DNA of 64,000 nucleotides, taken from assembly GCA_017654855.1 (NCBI GenBank), contig CM030333.1, positions 2,604,001-2,668,000 on the forward strand, in the 5' to 3' direction. The notes beneath the pieces were generated by a model. It was given only the letters and a program-made list of their open reading frames with translations, did no database searches and had not been told where the DNA came from. This document shows, in pieces, positions 33,257 to 46,238 of the stretch (position 1 is its first letter; every line of letters starts with the position of its first letter). The stretch is from Podospora anserina (lineage: Eukaryota). Position numbers and translations under genes: made by a program.

Positions 33257-34425
33257 TCACAGCTCCCTCATAACCTCCTCCACAGCCTGCTTAGCCATCC
33301 TCTTCCTCTGCTGCTCGGGCAAACCAGCACTCATATCCCTCACAGCCCGCAACTTGACCATCATCTGCTCCAGGCTCCTGATATCATCATCCCCAATCTC
33401 TTCCTCCCCTTCCTCCTCCTTCCCTTTCCCCTCCCCCGTGGTGTCAATCTCCTCCCCAATCTGCTCCCAAATCGCCCTCTTCAACCCCTCAAAATCCTCC
33501 CTGTCATAGCCATACCCCAACCCCTTGGGGTCAAACTCTTTATCGTCATCCTCATCCCCCTCCCCAAAACCCAAACCATCCCCCTCCTCCCCTGGTGCCC
33601 CTCCCCCAGACCAATCATTAGCCTCCAACGCCTCCCTCACCCTCGCAATCCCCATCCTCTCCCCAAACTCATTCCTCTTCCCTTCCTCCTGCTCTCTGCC
33701 CTTGGTATAAACCACAAACTCCAACCCCGCCTCGGCAGCAACATCCTCCCACTCATCCAACACGTCGTCATCCCCCATTATGGCCTGCTGGCTAACACCA
33801 ATAACAAGCCCGACACCATCCCACTCCCACCCTCCCAACCCTTCCCTGACCACCTTCCCAACCTCTTTAACCAATCTTTGATGCTCTGTTACCGTTGATG
33901 TTGATATGCTGGAAGACAAACAAGGAGAGAGCTCGACAACAATAATAACCCCCCCCAAAACCAGCAACACCTCCTTTGCCTCCTCCGACAAAAACGAACT
34001 TGACCATTCCTGCGGAGAAGAGACAAGATCAAGCCAGATGGGGACAGAGGCGGTGTAATATTGTGTGGAAAGGGGTAAAAGGTGGGTTGTACCCGCGAGG
34101 GAGGGGGTGTTTTCATCATCGGTTGAGTCTGATGGGAGGGGGTGGGAGCCGGTGAGTTCTATAAAATGTTAATAACTGTATTGGGGAGTGAGGAGGAGGA
34201 GGGGGTGAGATCTGATAAACAGGAAAGCATGGATTGGAAAGATATCACCAAAGCACCCCGCAACTATGTGGTTGAGAAAGTAAGGAAATGTAAAATGAAC
34301 TAACCTTTGATAACAGCACTCAACTCCCCAGCTGACTGCGCCAACGACACAGCGAGGATCCGTCTAGGGTGTGGGATTTCCTTGCCGGCTTTCTTCGCGG
34401 GGGTCTTTTCGTTTGGGGCGCTCAT
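33257..34425 (-). CDS. Alpha/gamma-adaptin-binding protein p34 (AAGAB/Irc6 family)
   Basis: Exon 34425-34305 (..PRRILAVS..), intron 34304-34159, exon 34158-33257 with YYTASVPIWLD, GIARVREALEANDW and a C-terminal RKRMAKQAV. Confidence 0.85.
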
Positions 34426-35252
34426 TTTGCCGGCGTATAGACCAAACTGTTTTCTCTATGATGCTTGGAGTAAGAACAATTTGAGCCGTGATGAGAATGA
34501 GCGAGTGAGCGAGTGAGTGGTGGCAGTTGCAAAAGGGAGCTTTGGCTCATGGTGGGGCAAGCTGAGAGCTCGCCCCAACAATGGCGGGGTAGGAAGCCCA
34601 TTCTCATCTCACTGCCCGCTCATACAATGTAAGATCTCAAAACATAAAGACGACGACGAATAGTATTTACGTTGCATCATTCCTCAGTTCAATGAGAATA
34701 TTTCTTCAAGTGTTCGGAAAGAATATCAAACACACAGACATTCGCATATTTTTGCTGCCTCTTGGTGGAATCAAAGTGAGACGTGATACCTCCAGCAACT
34801 CAAACAGACGGACAAGCACAAACTGTAACTGGCATCTCTTGACTGTAACAGCAAAATACACATCTATCATGCTCGCTATGCTCTAGTCCTACAGTCTCAA
34901 CCCCAAGACCAGCCAGCAAGCAAAAAGCCATACCAATACCATCCATCCCTTCCCCCTCCAATCCCTATCATGCAAAGTTATGCTGCCGCTGTTCTGGACT
35001 AGTCATGTCCACAGATGCTCGACAAGACAATACCAATTATCCCCTTTTATGTACAAGAGTTCCAAACACCTCACGTTCCTTGTACCCTTAATTCCGAAAA
35101 AAAGCAAAAACCACAGCATGCACACAATCCCAGTCCAATAATGGTTACCAACACCCTTCTTTTATTGTGCTTCTAACCTTTCACGCCGTGTTCCTCCTCT
35201 TTTGCACCCCAATTATTCTTCCTTCCTCATATATCATCCTCAGAATAGCTTT

Positions 35253-38200
35253 CTAGGCAGTTGACCCACCCGGTTGCTCTGAGTTGGCCGTAGCAGTGGT
35301 TCCGCTTCCGGCCTGGGATCCTGACGATGATGCCACAACCTCCTCCTCGTCATCATCGACATCTACCAGCTGGGTGGTCTTGAATGCCTTCTTGGCAGCA
35401 GCCTGCAGCGAGGTGAAATCACCGCTCATCTCACACATGCTCCTAAAGGTACCGTTGGCCTTCTTCAGGAGCTTGTATGGATGGTCGTATTCGACGATCT
35501 GACCCTTGTCAAGAACCAAGACCTTGTCATAATCAACGATTGTTTGCAGGCGATGGGCAATCGTAATGATGGTGCTGGTAAGCTCACGAATCGTGCCTTG
35601 GATGGCGGCGTCAGTGGCATAGTCGATCGAGGCAGTGGCCTCGTCCATGACCAACACGCTGGGGTTCTTGAGCAGCGCCCGTGCCAGGCAGAGAAGCTGA
35701 CGCTGGCCCTGAGAAAGATTGTTGCCCGACTCGGTGACAGGAGAGGAGAGATCCAGGAAGATGTTCTTGTTCGTGGCCGTGGGCGGCCGTGATGGCTCCT
35801 CAGAAGCAGCGATAGACTCGACGGCGGTCGTGGCGGGAGGGATAGGTGCAGAACCAAGAGCCATCTCGTCAGGGCCGATGAGCTGTACACGGCGGAGGGC
35901 AGCAAAGATCTCGGTATCAGTGTACGAGTCAAACGGATCCAGGTTGGTTCGAATGGTTCCCATAAAGAGTGTGGGCTCCTGGGGCACAATGGTGATACCC
36001 TCACGCAGATCGCGCAAACCAACCTGACCAATGTCCACACCGTCAATCAAGATTTTACCCTCATCGGCTTCCAAGGCGCGGAAGATGGCCAGTGTGAGTG
36101 AACTCTTGCCAGCTCCGGTTCTTCCGACAATGCCAATCTTCTCACGCGCTTCGATCTTGAACGTGAGGTTGCGCAGAACGGGATCCAGCTCCTTGCGGTA
36201 CCGAGTGGAATAGTTGATGAACTCGACGGACCCCTGAGCGGGCCAGTTCTTGTCTGGGCGGTTCTTCTCCACGATGGCCTCGGCTTCCTGCTCCACATCC
36301 AGGTACTCCTTGATACGCTCGACTGAGTTCATGTTTTGCTCGTTCATAGCATAAAGACGCACCAGCCAAAGGATATTGTCAGCAAAACCAATAGCATAGC
36401 TCAGCGAGATACCAGCAGACCCTGGATCGACCTGGCCAAGGCTGATGATAACAAATACACCGGCGAAGAATGCAACAAAGTCGCCCAGCAGATCAGTTCT
36501 GAAGGCGAGCCATCTGTTAGCGGCCCAAAGATAGATGAATGGACGCAACTGCTTGTTGATTCTGGCAAGGTTGTCTCTGATGAAGCGGCGCTCGTCACCG
36601 TAGGCCCGAATGGTTGTGACACCGCTCAGTGTCTCTCCAAACTGCTGGAACAGCGGGCTTCTTTCGACGGATTCCAAACGCTTCAGGTCCCGCGATGAGT
36701 GGAGGTAGAACTGGCCGAGGAAAACGTAGGCAGCCGTGATGAACACTCCCGGAATCAAGAACGCTGGGGTGATGTAGGCAATCAAAACCACAGTGACAGT
36801 AATACCGAGAAGACAAGCCATGACGCCAATAGCGATAGGAGCCACTTCCTGATCCACAGCTTCCAGATCCTTGCTGAATCGGTTCATGATCTGACCCAGA
36901 GGGGTAACATCAAAGAACTTGAACCTTGCTCCGGTCACCGCCTTCATCAAACGATCATGAAGCTTCCAGGAGGCAGTCAGAGAGCCAAAGAAGATCCAAA
37001 GATCCCTCACAAGCGCCGCACAAGCACCAGCACCTCCAATCAGTGCCAGTACAGTTAAGTAGTAGATGACATCAACATCCTTATTGTCGGCAGCCGAGAA
37101 CGTCGTGCTATCGCCCTTGGCGTAGTTAGCAATCGAAGCAAAATACGTCGGCGACAAGGTCTGGGCTGAGTAGCTGTAAGAGCTCATGCTGAACCGGGCG
37201 GAAGCGGTCTCGTTGAGGGTGTACTGGTTAGCCCATTCCTTGATCCACAGGTTGGAAGCAACACCGGAAAGTTGTTGCGCCGAGAAGACAAGGCCAGCCA
37301 AGAGCCAGAAACCCAAGCCACCCATGGAACCAAGGTACAGCTTCATCACAGGCCACTTGACCGCACCAACAGCCTTGGTCTCTTCCAGGGCATCCTGCTT
37401 CTTGGGCTCCTTCTTGGGCGACTTTGGCTTGCTCTTTTGTGAGCTTCTGTCAGCTTCGTTAAGCAGGGTATCGCCACTCTCCTCTCCAACACTGGATGGG
37501 ACACGAGAGGGAACACGGGACACGTGGGCAGATCCTGCGGTAGACTTGGGAATAGCATCTTCTCCGAGCTTGCCCGCTTCGATCAGCTCCTTGGGGGTAC
37601 CCTGGCCTGTGACACGGCCGTTGCTCATGGTCAAGACAAAGTCGGCAGGCGGCACGCAGAGAGGGATGTTGTGTGAGACGAGAATGCAGGTGCGATGTGC
37701 CATCAGAGGTCCCATGATGCAGTTGGTAAAGATCCACTGGGCAGTATGAGAATCAACAGCGCTCAGGCAGTCATCCAAAAGCAGGTGCTTCGAGTTCGAG
37801 TAGACGGCACGGGCAAGCGAGATACGCTGTTTCTGACCGCCCGAAAGGGTGATGCCCTTCTCGCCCACCAAAGTCTCATCACCGTTGTCGAGGATCTCCA
37901 GGTCGTGTTCCAAGGCACAGGCCACAATAACGTCGCGATATCTCTCCTCATCGAATGGGGCAGAGAAGAGAATGTTCTCCTTGATGCTAGCGTTCACAAG
38001 CCAAGCCTGCTGGGCGACGTAGGCGCATGTCTCAGCAAGACCGGTTTCGGGATCCGGACGAACGTCTTCACGGCTGCGACCACCGGGAAGAAGAACACGG
38101 CCATTCATGATGGTCATCTCGCCAAGCAAGGCCATCAACAGCGAAGTCTTGCCACAGCCCGTAGGCCCGGTGATGACATTGAGCTTGCCAATCTTAAAGT

Positions 38201-40455
38201 CAACATCGAGGTCGAGCAGGCGGAACGCCATAGATCCATCGTCTTGCACAGTGGACTTGCTACCCCAGATGAAAGTGGCGTTTCTAAAGCCGATGGCTCT
38301 CTCTCCGTTCTCGTCAATGTTGTCTTCACCCAGCTGCTCAAACTTCTCAGTCTCCTCCTCGGAGAGAAACTCCTCAATACGATCAATAGAGACCTTTGAC
38401 TCCTGAACGTGGGCGATCATGTCACCAAGCTGATCGAGGGGGTACCGGAGAAGCATGAACAGAGAGATGGCGGTAAAGGCGACGGAGGGATACAGAGGCT
38501 TCTTCTCGATGACGGTGTAGACAAAGAACGAGAAGAAAGTGATCAAGATGGGGACGGTGTTCCAGACGGCCACCGCAGCAGCCCAAAGCATGAACCTCTT
38601 GCGCAAAGCCTGTAGCTCAGCTTTCCTCTTCTCGTCAACGATCTTGGCGAAACGATGCTCCCAGGCAAAGTACTTGATGATGCGGATATTTTGCAGGACC
38701 TCGTTGGTCGTATGGATACGCTTGTCGGTGGCGCTCATGATCTTCTTCTGGGTCTTGTTGAAGCCCTTGCCGAAGGCAATGTTGATTGGGAGAAGTAGAG
38801 CCATGACAATGAAGCCGGGGATGGCACTTAGACCCATGACCTGGTAGAGAAGAAGAATGGACACGATCAGCTGAGTAGGAGCAGACGCGACCAGGAAGTG
38901 TAAGTAGGCCGTGACCTCAGACACCTTGAAACTGTCAACCGACATCAAGTTGATGATGGTGCCGTTGTTGGCCTGCTCGTCAGCGTCGGCAGCCTTGGCG
39001 TCCTTCTTGGAAGCATCAGCCTCCTCGTTTGCGGTAGCCTGGCTGTCCTTCTTCCCGAGCCCCAACAGCCTCTTGGCCTTGGAGATGATGCCGTCCTTCT
39101 TTGGGGTCTCGTCCTTCTTGTCAGCCCCAAGCGCGGAGTCTTTGCCCGCAGCTGCCTTTCTCCGCAATGCCTTGGCATAAATCTCGCCGACCAGGATAGC
39201 TCGAATGTTGATGCAAATCTTGCGGCCAATCCACAAGGCCTGCGCATCTCCAACAGACCGGATGATGTCCGTGACAGGAAGTAAAATAACATAGAGCCAC
39301 AGGACGTTCCTGGGTGCTTCGGTTGGATTCTCGACGTATTCCAAAATGGCCTTGAGAAGGAGAGTGGGCGCAAACGTGAAGACACCAGACACGATGGCCC
39401 AGGCAGCCTGGGCAAAAAGCATCCCCTTGAAGAACTTGACCAAATGGAAGGCCAGCGAGGTGGTCTTCTTGGCTTGGCGATAAGCTGCGAGAATGGCAGC
39501 GGCCTTGTCCCTAGGAAGCAGATTCCAGACTCGTTTGAGCTCTAGTGGTTCTTTCCAGCCATCCCACACGATCGAGTCGACCCAGGAGAAGGTGTAGTGC
39601 GAGAACAGCGAAGCCAGGTTTTCACGACCGGGCGGAATGCCATCTTCCCACTCCAGAAGCACCGTTTTGTTGCCCTTCCGGGTGCTGATAGCCATGCCAA
39701 AAAGAACAGAGGTCAAGGCAAACTCGGTCATCACCAGAACCTGCGTCATCTGAGAGACCGTGTGAATCAAGACTGATCGGAAGAGAACCAGGGCGAAGAG
39801 CCACTGGCAGCTGTAGATGGCGGCCGTGTGATTCCACAACCTCGGGACCCGCCATTGGGTATTTCCCAGGAAAAGTCGGAGAGTTGCAAGGAGCAGGACA
39901 TAGACCCAGACGGTCAGGCCAGCAATACCAGCCAGGCCGTTCTTGACCTCGACGTCGTACAACAATCCGACCACACTGACAGCGACCAGGCCTGCAATAG
40001 CAAGCTCCTCCACGACCACAGAGAGAGTCTGCCCGGGTGGTGTATCAGCTTGCACGATGGATCCCTTGGTTGTGGTTTTGACCAGCGCAAGCCGGCCGCC
40101 ATTGATGACCAGACCCTCATCGTCGTCGCTTTCGAGTGTTGGCTCTTCATCGACCGGGAGGTCTGTGTGGTTCGGAGGCGAAATCGGAGTGACGCCATTG
40201 GTGAGAGGTTCGTATCCTCGGCTTCGTTTTAACCTGACGGCGCGGAAAGTGTTGTGCAGAGCGAGCTGGAGAAACGAGATTCCTATTACGATTAAGGGCA
40301 GCAAGACACTAAGATAGCTACAGGTTGAAGCGAGCAAGACTGTCAGCGATTATTCTTTTTTGACGGAGTGCAACAGTAGGGACCTACTCCTGCTTGAAGC
40401 ATTGTGTAAAATCGTCGGTCCGCCATATGGGCCACGAGCATGCGGCGAAAGCCAT
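35253..40455 (-). CDS. ABCC/MRP-family ABC transporter (Ybt1/Bpt1-like)
   Basis: Exon 40455-40388, intron 40387-40318, then a long exon with two NBDs (GPTGCGKT/LSGGQ; GRTGAGKS/LSQGQ/DEATAS) and TMD0 plus two TMDs. Confidence 0.96.
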
Positions 40456-41759
40456 TTCGGCCGCGTTGTCGTGGCGCAACCACGAAATCGTAATGTTGGT
40501 GACTGTCTCGGATACGTGTGTCTGTCGTTCGTCAATTGGAACCAGACGTCGGTGTTGCGCGGGGGAAGACGTCTGGGAAAACGTCGTTGATTGGTGGTGG
40601 ACGGGAAGAAAACAAGAAAATGGGAAATGCTTCCCTCTGAGATCGCCAGCAATGGGGAAAAGTGAGAATCCTGGACGGGTCCAGCGGCGGTTTAAACGCT
40701 GGAACTGGAACTGGAACTTCGTTGTCATTTGGCACTAGTCTGGTGGGGTTGGTCTGGGGTGGTCCTGGAAAAAGGCAGCTGCAATGGTAAGCAAAACTAC
40801 CTATCTTCCACTATCTCCCACACACAGCGCATGTACTGTATCTGTCCACTTCCGCGAGTATAGCTATATCTTGAAGAGGTATGCCGACGACGCACGGGAG
40901 CACGCAAAGGAACTTGAGCCATCCACCACGGGCGGGAGGGGTCATAGGTTCGTAGCCGGGCCGGGAATGTATTTCATGGGCAGGAGATCTATACGCCCAC
41001 CTACTGAGTGATGAGAGAGGGGTCCCGTGCAACAGTCCCGACGGGTTTCAGCAAAAGAAAAAACACACCGGCCCTCTGACTGCCGATAAATAGGATAGCA
41101 ATATCATGGTGGTCTGTGGCGTCAAAGGCCGTTCTCTGTCGCACTTGCAGCCTTCGATGATCCAGAAGCTGAGCCAGGTGGGGAGCTTACCAAATGAGGG
41201 CCATCGATGATGTCAGATGTTCCCTGCAACCCAGCAGAGGTTCCCGCCGAGCCGAGTCAAGGCCCTTGTCTTTTTTTCTTTGCCGTAGAATTTTAGGATT
41301 ACACAAAGTATTGTGCGACCATTGGTGCTACATCTCGTGCTCTGCTCTGTGAGTCTGAACATCTAGATACGACTACCTAGGCGGTGACATGACTGTTCGG
41401 CCTAGGAGCTGCTTACATATGCACATAGATGCTTGGTGCTTACACCCTGCCTAATGCGACTCCGTCCGCCAACCAGCAACCCCTGGTGGTCGCAGCGCGA
41501 AGCTTTGCGCTAGGAAGGCCACCTGCATCCGTTGGTGGGGCCGCAAACGTCGAGAAGCTCGATTTTTCATCCGTTCGGCCAGCGTTTTGCACTCTGCCAG
41601 AGCCTCCGTTACACACAAGACTCGAGAAAGATCTGATATATAATATATGAGCTATAACATCAAACTATCTCGGTACCCTCACCGTTGCTTCTCAGTACAG
41701 AGGTATCATGCGAACAAATGTATATGCAACATCGTCTCCCGTCCGCGCAAAAAGAATAC

Positions 41760-43366
41760 TCATCCAATCGACCGCGAGTTACTTGCATATGAGCCTCTCA
41801 ACGATCTCATCATGATCCTTCTCACCAACCTCATCCTCTTTTTCAAACGGATCTCGTTCGCCGACATGATCCTTCTCACCGCCGTACTTCTTTTTCTCAT
41901 AGTAATCCTCCTCAAGGCCATCACTTTTCTTAAGCTCTTCATCTTACGTACCTTTTCCCTTCTTCTCACTACCCTCAGCTCTTCATCAACCTGCTCTCTT
42001 GTCTTGCGGCCACAGCCCTCCAGCGCAGTCAGGATTTCTTTGCTTTGCTTCTCGTGGTCTTTATCATCGAGCCAGTGCTGTGGGAGAGGAGCATAATTTA
42101 AATCGCCGTAATTTGTCCGCAACAGCCAGAGGGCAGCGAGGTCAGGATTTGTCTGACCACGCCTTGGGAACCCACTCTCTCCAGGAAGTTTCATTGCAGT
42201 ATGCCCTCCTTCTGTCGTTTTCTATGACGTTCCAGGAATATCCATATATACAGGCTTTCAAGGGCCAGTGACGAAGAATAGAGGAGTAGCGGTCTCCGCC
42301 AAATTTGTCATGAGCTGTCAGAGTTGCTTGTTGGAAGTTGATGATCGCGAAGGTCCCGTCCTTTCTGACGAGAATTGTCGTGTGGCTTGACCTTACTGTG
42401 TATAATATCACACCACCACCAAAGCTCGTTGTCGGCATCGATAAGATGTTTTAAAAGTTCTGAAGGCAAGGGCTTGCCAGTCTTTCTCTTAGATTCACGG
42501 ATGAGTTTCGACATGGGCTGGGCGTCGTCGAGCTTTTCGAGGAGCATCATGCGAACTGGTTAGTAGCCTTCCTTGGACTCGGGGCAAGGATGGTCCATGA
42601 TCCACGAGCCGTAGAATCTGACTGTGCCTCTGGTGAGATCTGGATGCTCTTGGGCTGCTTCGCGAACCAAGGAGTAGGCCTCTGATTCAAGCGCGTAGTC
42701 CATATCAGCCCGGGGTGGCGCAATCCGGAGGCAGGCCATCCCCGGCTGGGTTGCGTACAAAGGTATCGTCTAAGGAGATGAGGTAATAAGCTGCATCGTA
42801 GATCTTGGCAACACATTCCCGGGGGCCTTGTTCCTTTTCTCCAGGTAGTTGAACTCTTTCCGTCACGGCGATTGGGCCGTTGTATCGGTCATCATCAAGA
42901 GGGAGCTTGGGGTCCTTCAGTGCAAGGCTGGCACGGGTCTCGTTCGAATAATTACACGTCCAGCCAGGGATGTAATAGTCGGGGTCGTATTCGTCATCTT
43001 CCGTGTTGTCTTCTTTGTTGTCCTTCTTGTCATCTTCCATATCGTCGTCATCGTCCTCGTGCCCCGAATCCTCGTCATAATATATGGGCTTTGGACTAAT
43101 GACAACCTTTCTGATAGTAAATTCAAACGTCTCGTCGCCAATCTTTCCGCTAATGGGTGGGTTGTCAAGAGCATATTCCACCCGGTCTACTCGCGCTCGA
43201 GGCTCACAGCCGAACTCTCCCTAATTGTTGTATTCTCGCTCTTCCTCTCCATAGCTGTGGTAATTTACCACTCCAAATGTCCCAGGGGGTTCGTGTGTTC
43301 GGATGGAGAGGGTGTGAACCCTTCCATGTATGGGTGAGCCTCATGCTGCATCTTGCTCGCTCCCAT
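41760..43366 (-). pseudogene. Kinase-like family paralogue A, disrupted
   Basis: Motifs HPY..RTHEPPGTFG, FEFTIRKVVISPK, LPLDDDRYNGP, VAKIYD, ADMDYALESEAY, FYGSW, ELWWWC run across at least 4 frameshifts and stops at 43221-43223 and 42560-42562. Confidence 0.8.
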
Positions 43367-44041
43367 GCTATTGACGTGACTTGCTTGGGTACTTGTTGGA
43401 TACCTAGCCACAAGGAGAGGGACAGATAAGACCAGCGACCGACGACAGAAATGGCTGCAGATGGGAGCTCGAGACTGGGTGGTGGATGTCCGTTGCTTCG
43501 AAATTCAACAAGTTCGAAATTCAGGTTGAGAAAGTGAGATTGAGAAAGTGAGAGCGAAGAGTGCCTTGGATATGTGCGAGGAACAACCATTTAAACCTTC
43601 CTTCCTGAAAAACTTTAAAAACAGTTGAAGGTCATGTTCGAAACTCTTTTCAGAGCCTAAATACGAGACGCCACGTTGAAACACACTAAGGGAGACCATG
43701 GCGTAACCACACAACACCCCTCCGGACTGTAGCTTATGCTAAATGTGCCTACTTACTATCTTGAAAAGTCGTTCAACTGCACTGAAACACCTCTCGACCG
43801 TTCTAGAAGGCGTATTGACATACTTTCACGACGTCGTCACTCTCATCACAGGCCTCTCAAATCTTTTGAAAGGCCTATAGACTAGGTACCTACTATCCTT
43901 CATGACCTATAAATTATCTGTTAAGGTTTTGAAAGATAATTACTACGCCTCTCGACTTTCTTTCAATACCTTTCGACTATCTTTTCAACACATAGTATAT
44001 ATTTCAAGGTCTTCATATACCATTCGGAGGCATATTCACTA

Positions 44042-45904
44042 ACGTACTTTATAAGCGAGTCGGTCATATAAGTGGGCCAGTCACTTTTCGACCGCGACGC
44101 GTCCTCCTACACTCAACATCAACTTTCTCTACAACCCAACATGTCTCCTACCTTAAATGAAGCCAGGATAATCTTAGCTCTTGAAGCTATTCAAAAGACT
44201 CCGAAATTAAGCCTCCGGGCCGCAGCAAAGCTATATAACATACCATTCTCAACCCTCCGTGACCGACGCGCCGGCCGGCCTGCACGACGCGATACCACGC
44301 CCAAATCGAAGAAGCTCACTCAATCCGAAGAGGATGCTATTGTCCAATACATTATTGAGCTATGTACGCGAGCTTTTCCACCAAGATTGCGTGGTGTGGA
44401 AGATATGGCCAACCAACTGCTACGTGTACGCGACGCGTCCCCTGTTGGCAAGCTCTGGGCACACAACTTCGTTAAACGCCAGCCACAGCTCCGTACGCGT
44501 TTTACGCGTAGATACGATTACTAGAGGGCCAAGTGCGAGGATCCAAAGGTTATTGCCGAGTGGTTTGCGCTCGTACGGAACACTAAGGCCAAGTACGGTA
44601 TTATAGATAACAATATCTATAACTTCGACGAGACTGGGTTTATGATGGGCATTATTTTCACGGGCATGGTGGTTACGACCTCGGACGGCCTTAGCAAGGC
44701 AAAACTAGCCCAGCCTAGTAACCGCGAATGGGCAACGGTAATCCAGGGAATTAATGCCTTCGGCTGGGCCATCCCTCCTTTTATTATCTTAGCCGCGTAG
44801 TACCACCTTACCAACTAGTATACCGAGTACAACCTACCGTCTACCTGGCGTATTGCAACTACCGATAATGGCTGGACTACTAATCTAGTAGGCTTAAATT
44901 AGATTAAGTACTTCGATTATTATATAGCGTCCCGTAGAAAAGGTAAATACCGGTTGTTGATCCTCGACGGCCACGAAAGTCACTACTCGACCGAATTCGA
45001 GCGCCACTGCCAGCAGAATAACATTATCACGCTCTACATGCCTCCACACTCCTCCCACCTCCTCCAGCCACTCGATGTTAGCTGCTTTGGGCCGTTAAAA
45101 CAGGCGTACGGTCGCCAGATCGAAGACTTAATGCGCATGTATATTAACCATATAAGCAAGCTCGAGTTCCTCTGTGCCTTCCGCGAGGCCTTCTTCGCCT
45201 CTATAACAGAGAAGAATATACAGGGTAGCTTTGCGGGTACTGGCTTTATACCGTACGATCTAGAGAGGGTGCTTTCTAAGCTGGATATAAAGCTTCGTAC
45301 GCTAATACCTCTAAACTTACGGCCCGGCACTGCATAACTTTGGGTCTCCCAGATACCACATAACCTTCGAGAAGCCAACTTACAGTCAACGCTCATTAAG
45401 ACTCGCATTACCAACCATCAAAATAGCTCCCCGACTTCAATGCTGGCTGCGGTAGACCAGCTTACTAAGGGTATAACGGCTATAATGCACCAGGTGGCTC
45501 TCCTTCGTGCAGAGGTTTCTTCGCTCCGTAAGGCCAATGAGGCACTAAGTAAGCGCCGGAGAGCCAAAAAAACACGTGTGAGGCTTGGAGGGTCACTTAC
45601 TGTACAAGAGGCACAGGATCTACTGGATCAGAAGGCCGTGGATAAGGAGGGAGTGCAAGAAACGCAGCCGGATAGTAGTAATGCAAGGGGGGCTCGTACG
45701 AAGGTTCAGTGCTGTGGTGTATGCGGTAAGCCTGGCCATAATGCGCGCACTTGCCAGGAGGCTGCAGATGCCTCAGACTCAGCTGTTTCTGATGTTATTA
45801 TAGTTGGTTGATAGTTTCGTTGTATCATAATGGAGGATGGGTATTCGAAGGGTGGTCAAAAGTGACCGACCCACTTATATGACCGACTCGCTTATAAAGT
45901 ACGT
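44042..45904 (+). mobile_element. Full-length Fot1/pogo-type (Tc1-mariner superfamily) DNA transposon, 1863 bp, RIP-mutated
   Basis: TIRs 44042-44093 and 45854-45904 (outer 35 bp perfectly inverted, starting ACGTACTTTATAAGCGAGTCGG); TA at 44040-41 and 45905-06; internal transposase. Confidence 0.97.
44141..45811 (+). pseudogene. Fot1-type DDE transposase with five in-frame stops
   Basis: HTH-psq/CENP-B N-terminus, YNFDETGF, LILDGHESH, LQPLDV, and a C-terminal CxxCxxxGHxxxxC knuckle. Stops at 44522, 44798, 44816, 44900 and 45335; no frameshift. Confidence 0.95.
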
Positions 45905-46238
45905 TATCTTTTAAGGCATATTAATTCTGTTTTGAAGCCGTGATTCCAATTTGTAATTTCTATTATTCTGTCCACGACGTATCTATTGCCAGCCGTCACG
46001 GTGGGTTCTTTCCACATTGTTGTGTTCAAAATAGGGTCACAAACTGAGGAGGAAAAGATTGTGGTGTTTCTCAGGCTATGTATGCTGCCAAAAATCCCCC
46101 CCAATTTATCCCCACTACCCATGGCTCCATCCTACCTGCCGTCACGATCTAAGCATGATTCACCCTCCTCATCAGAGCTCCCTACGTCATTCAGCTCAAG
46201 CAACTGACCGGCCTCCTGCTCAGCCACAGACTTTCGAC

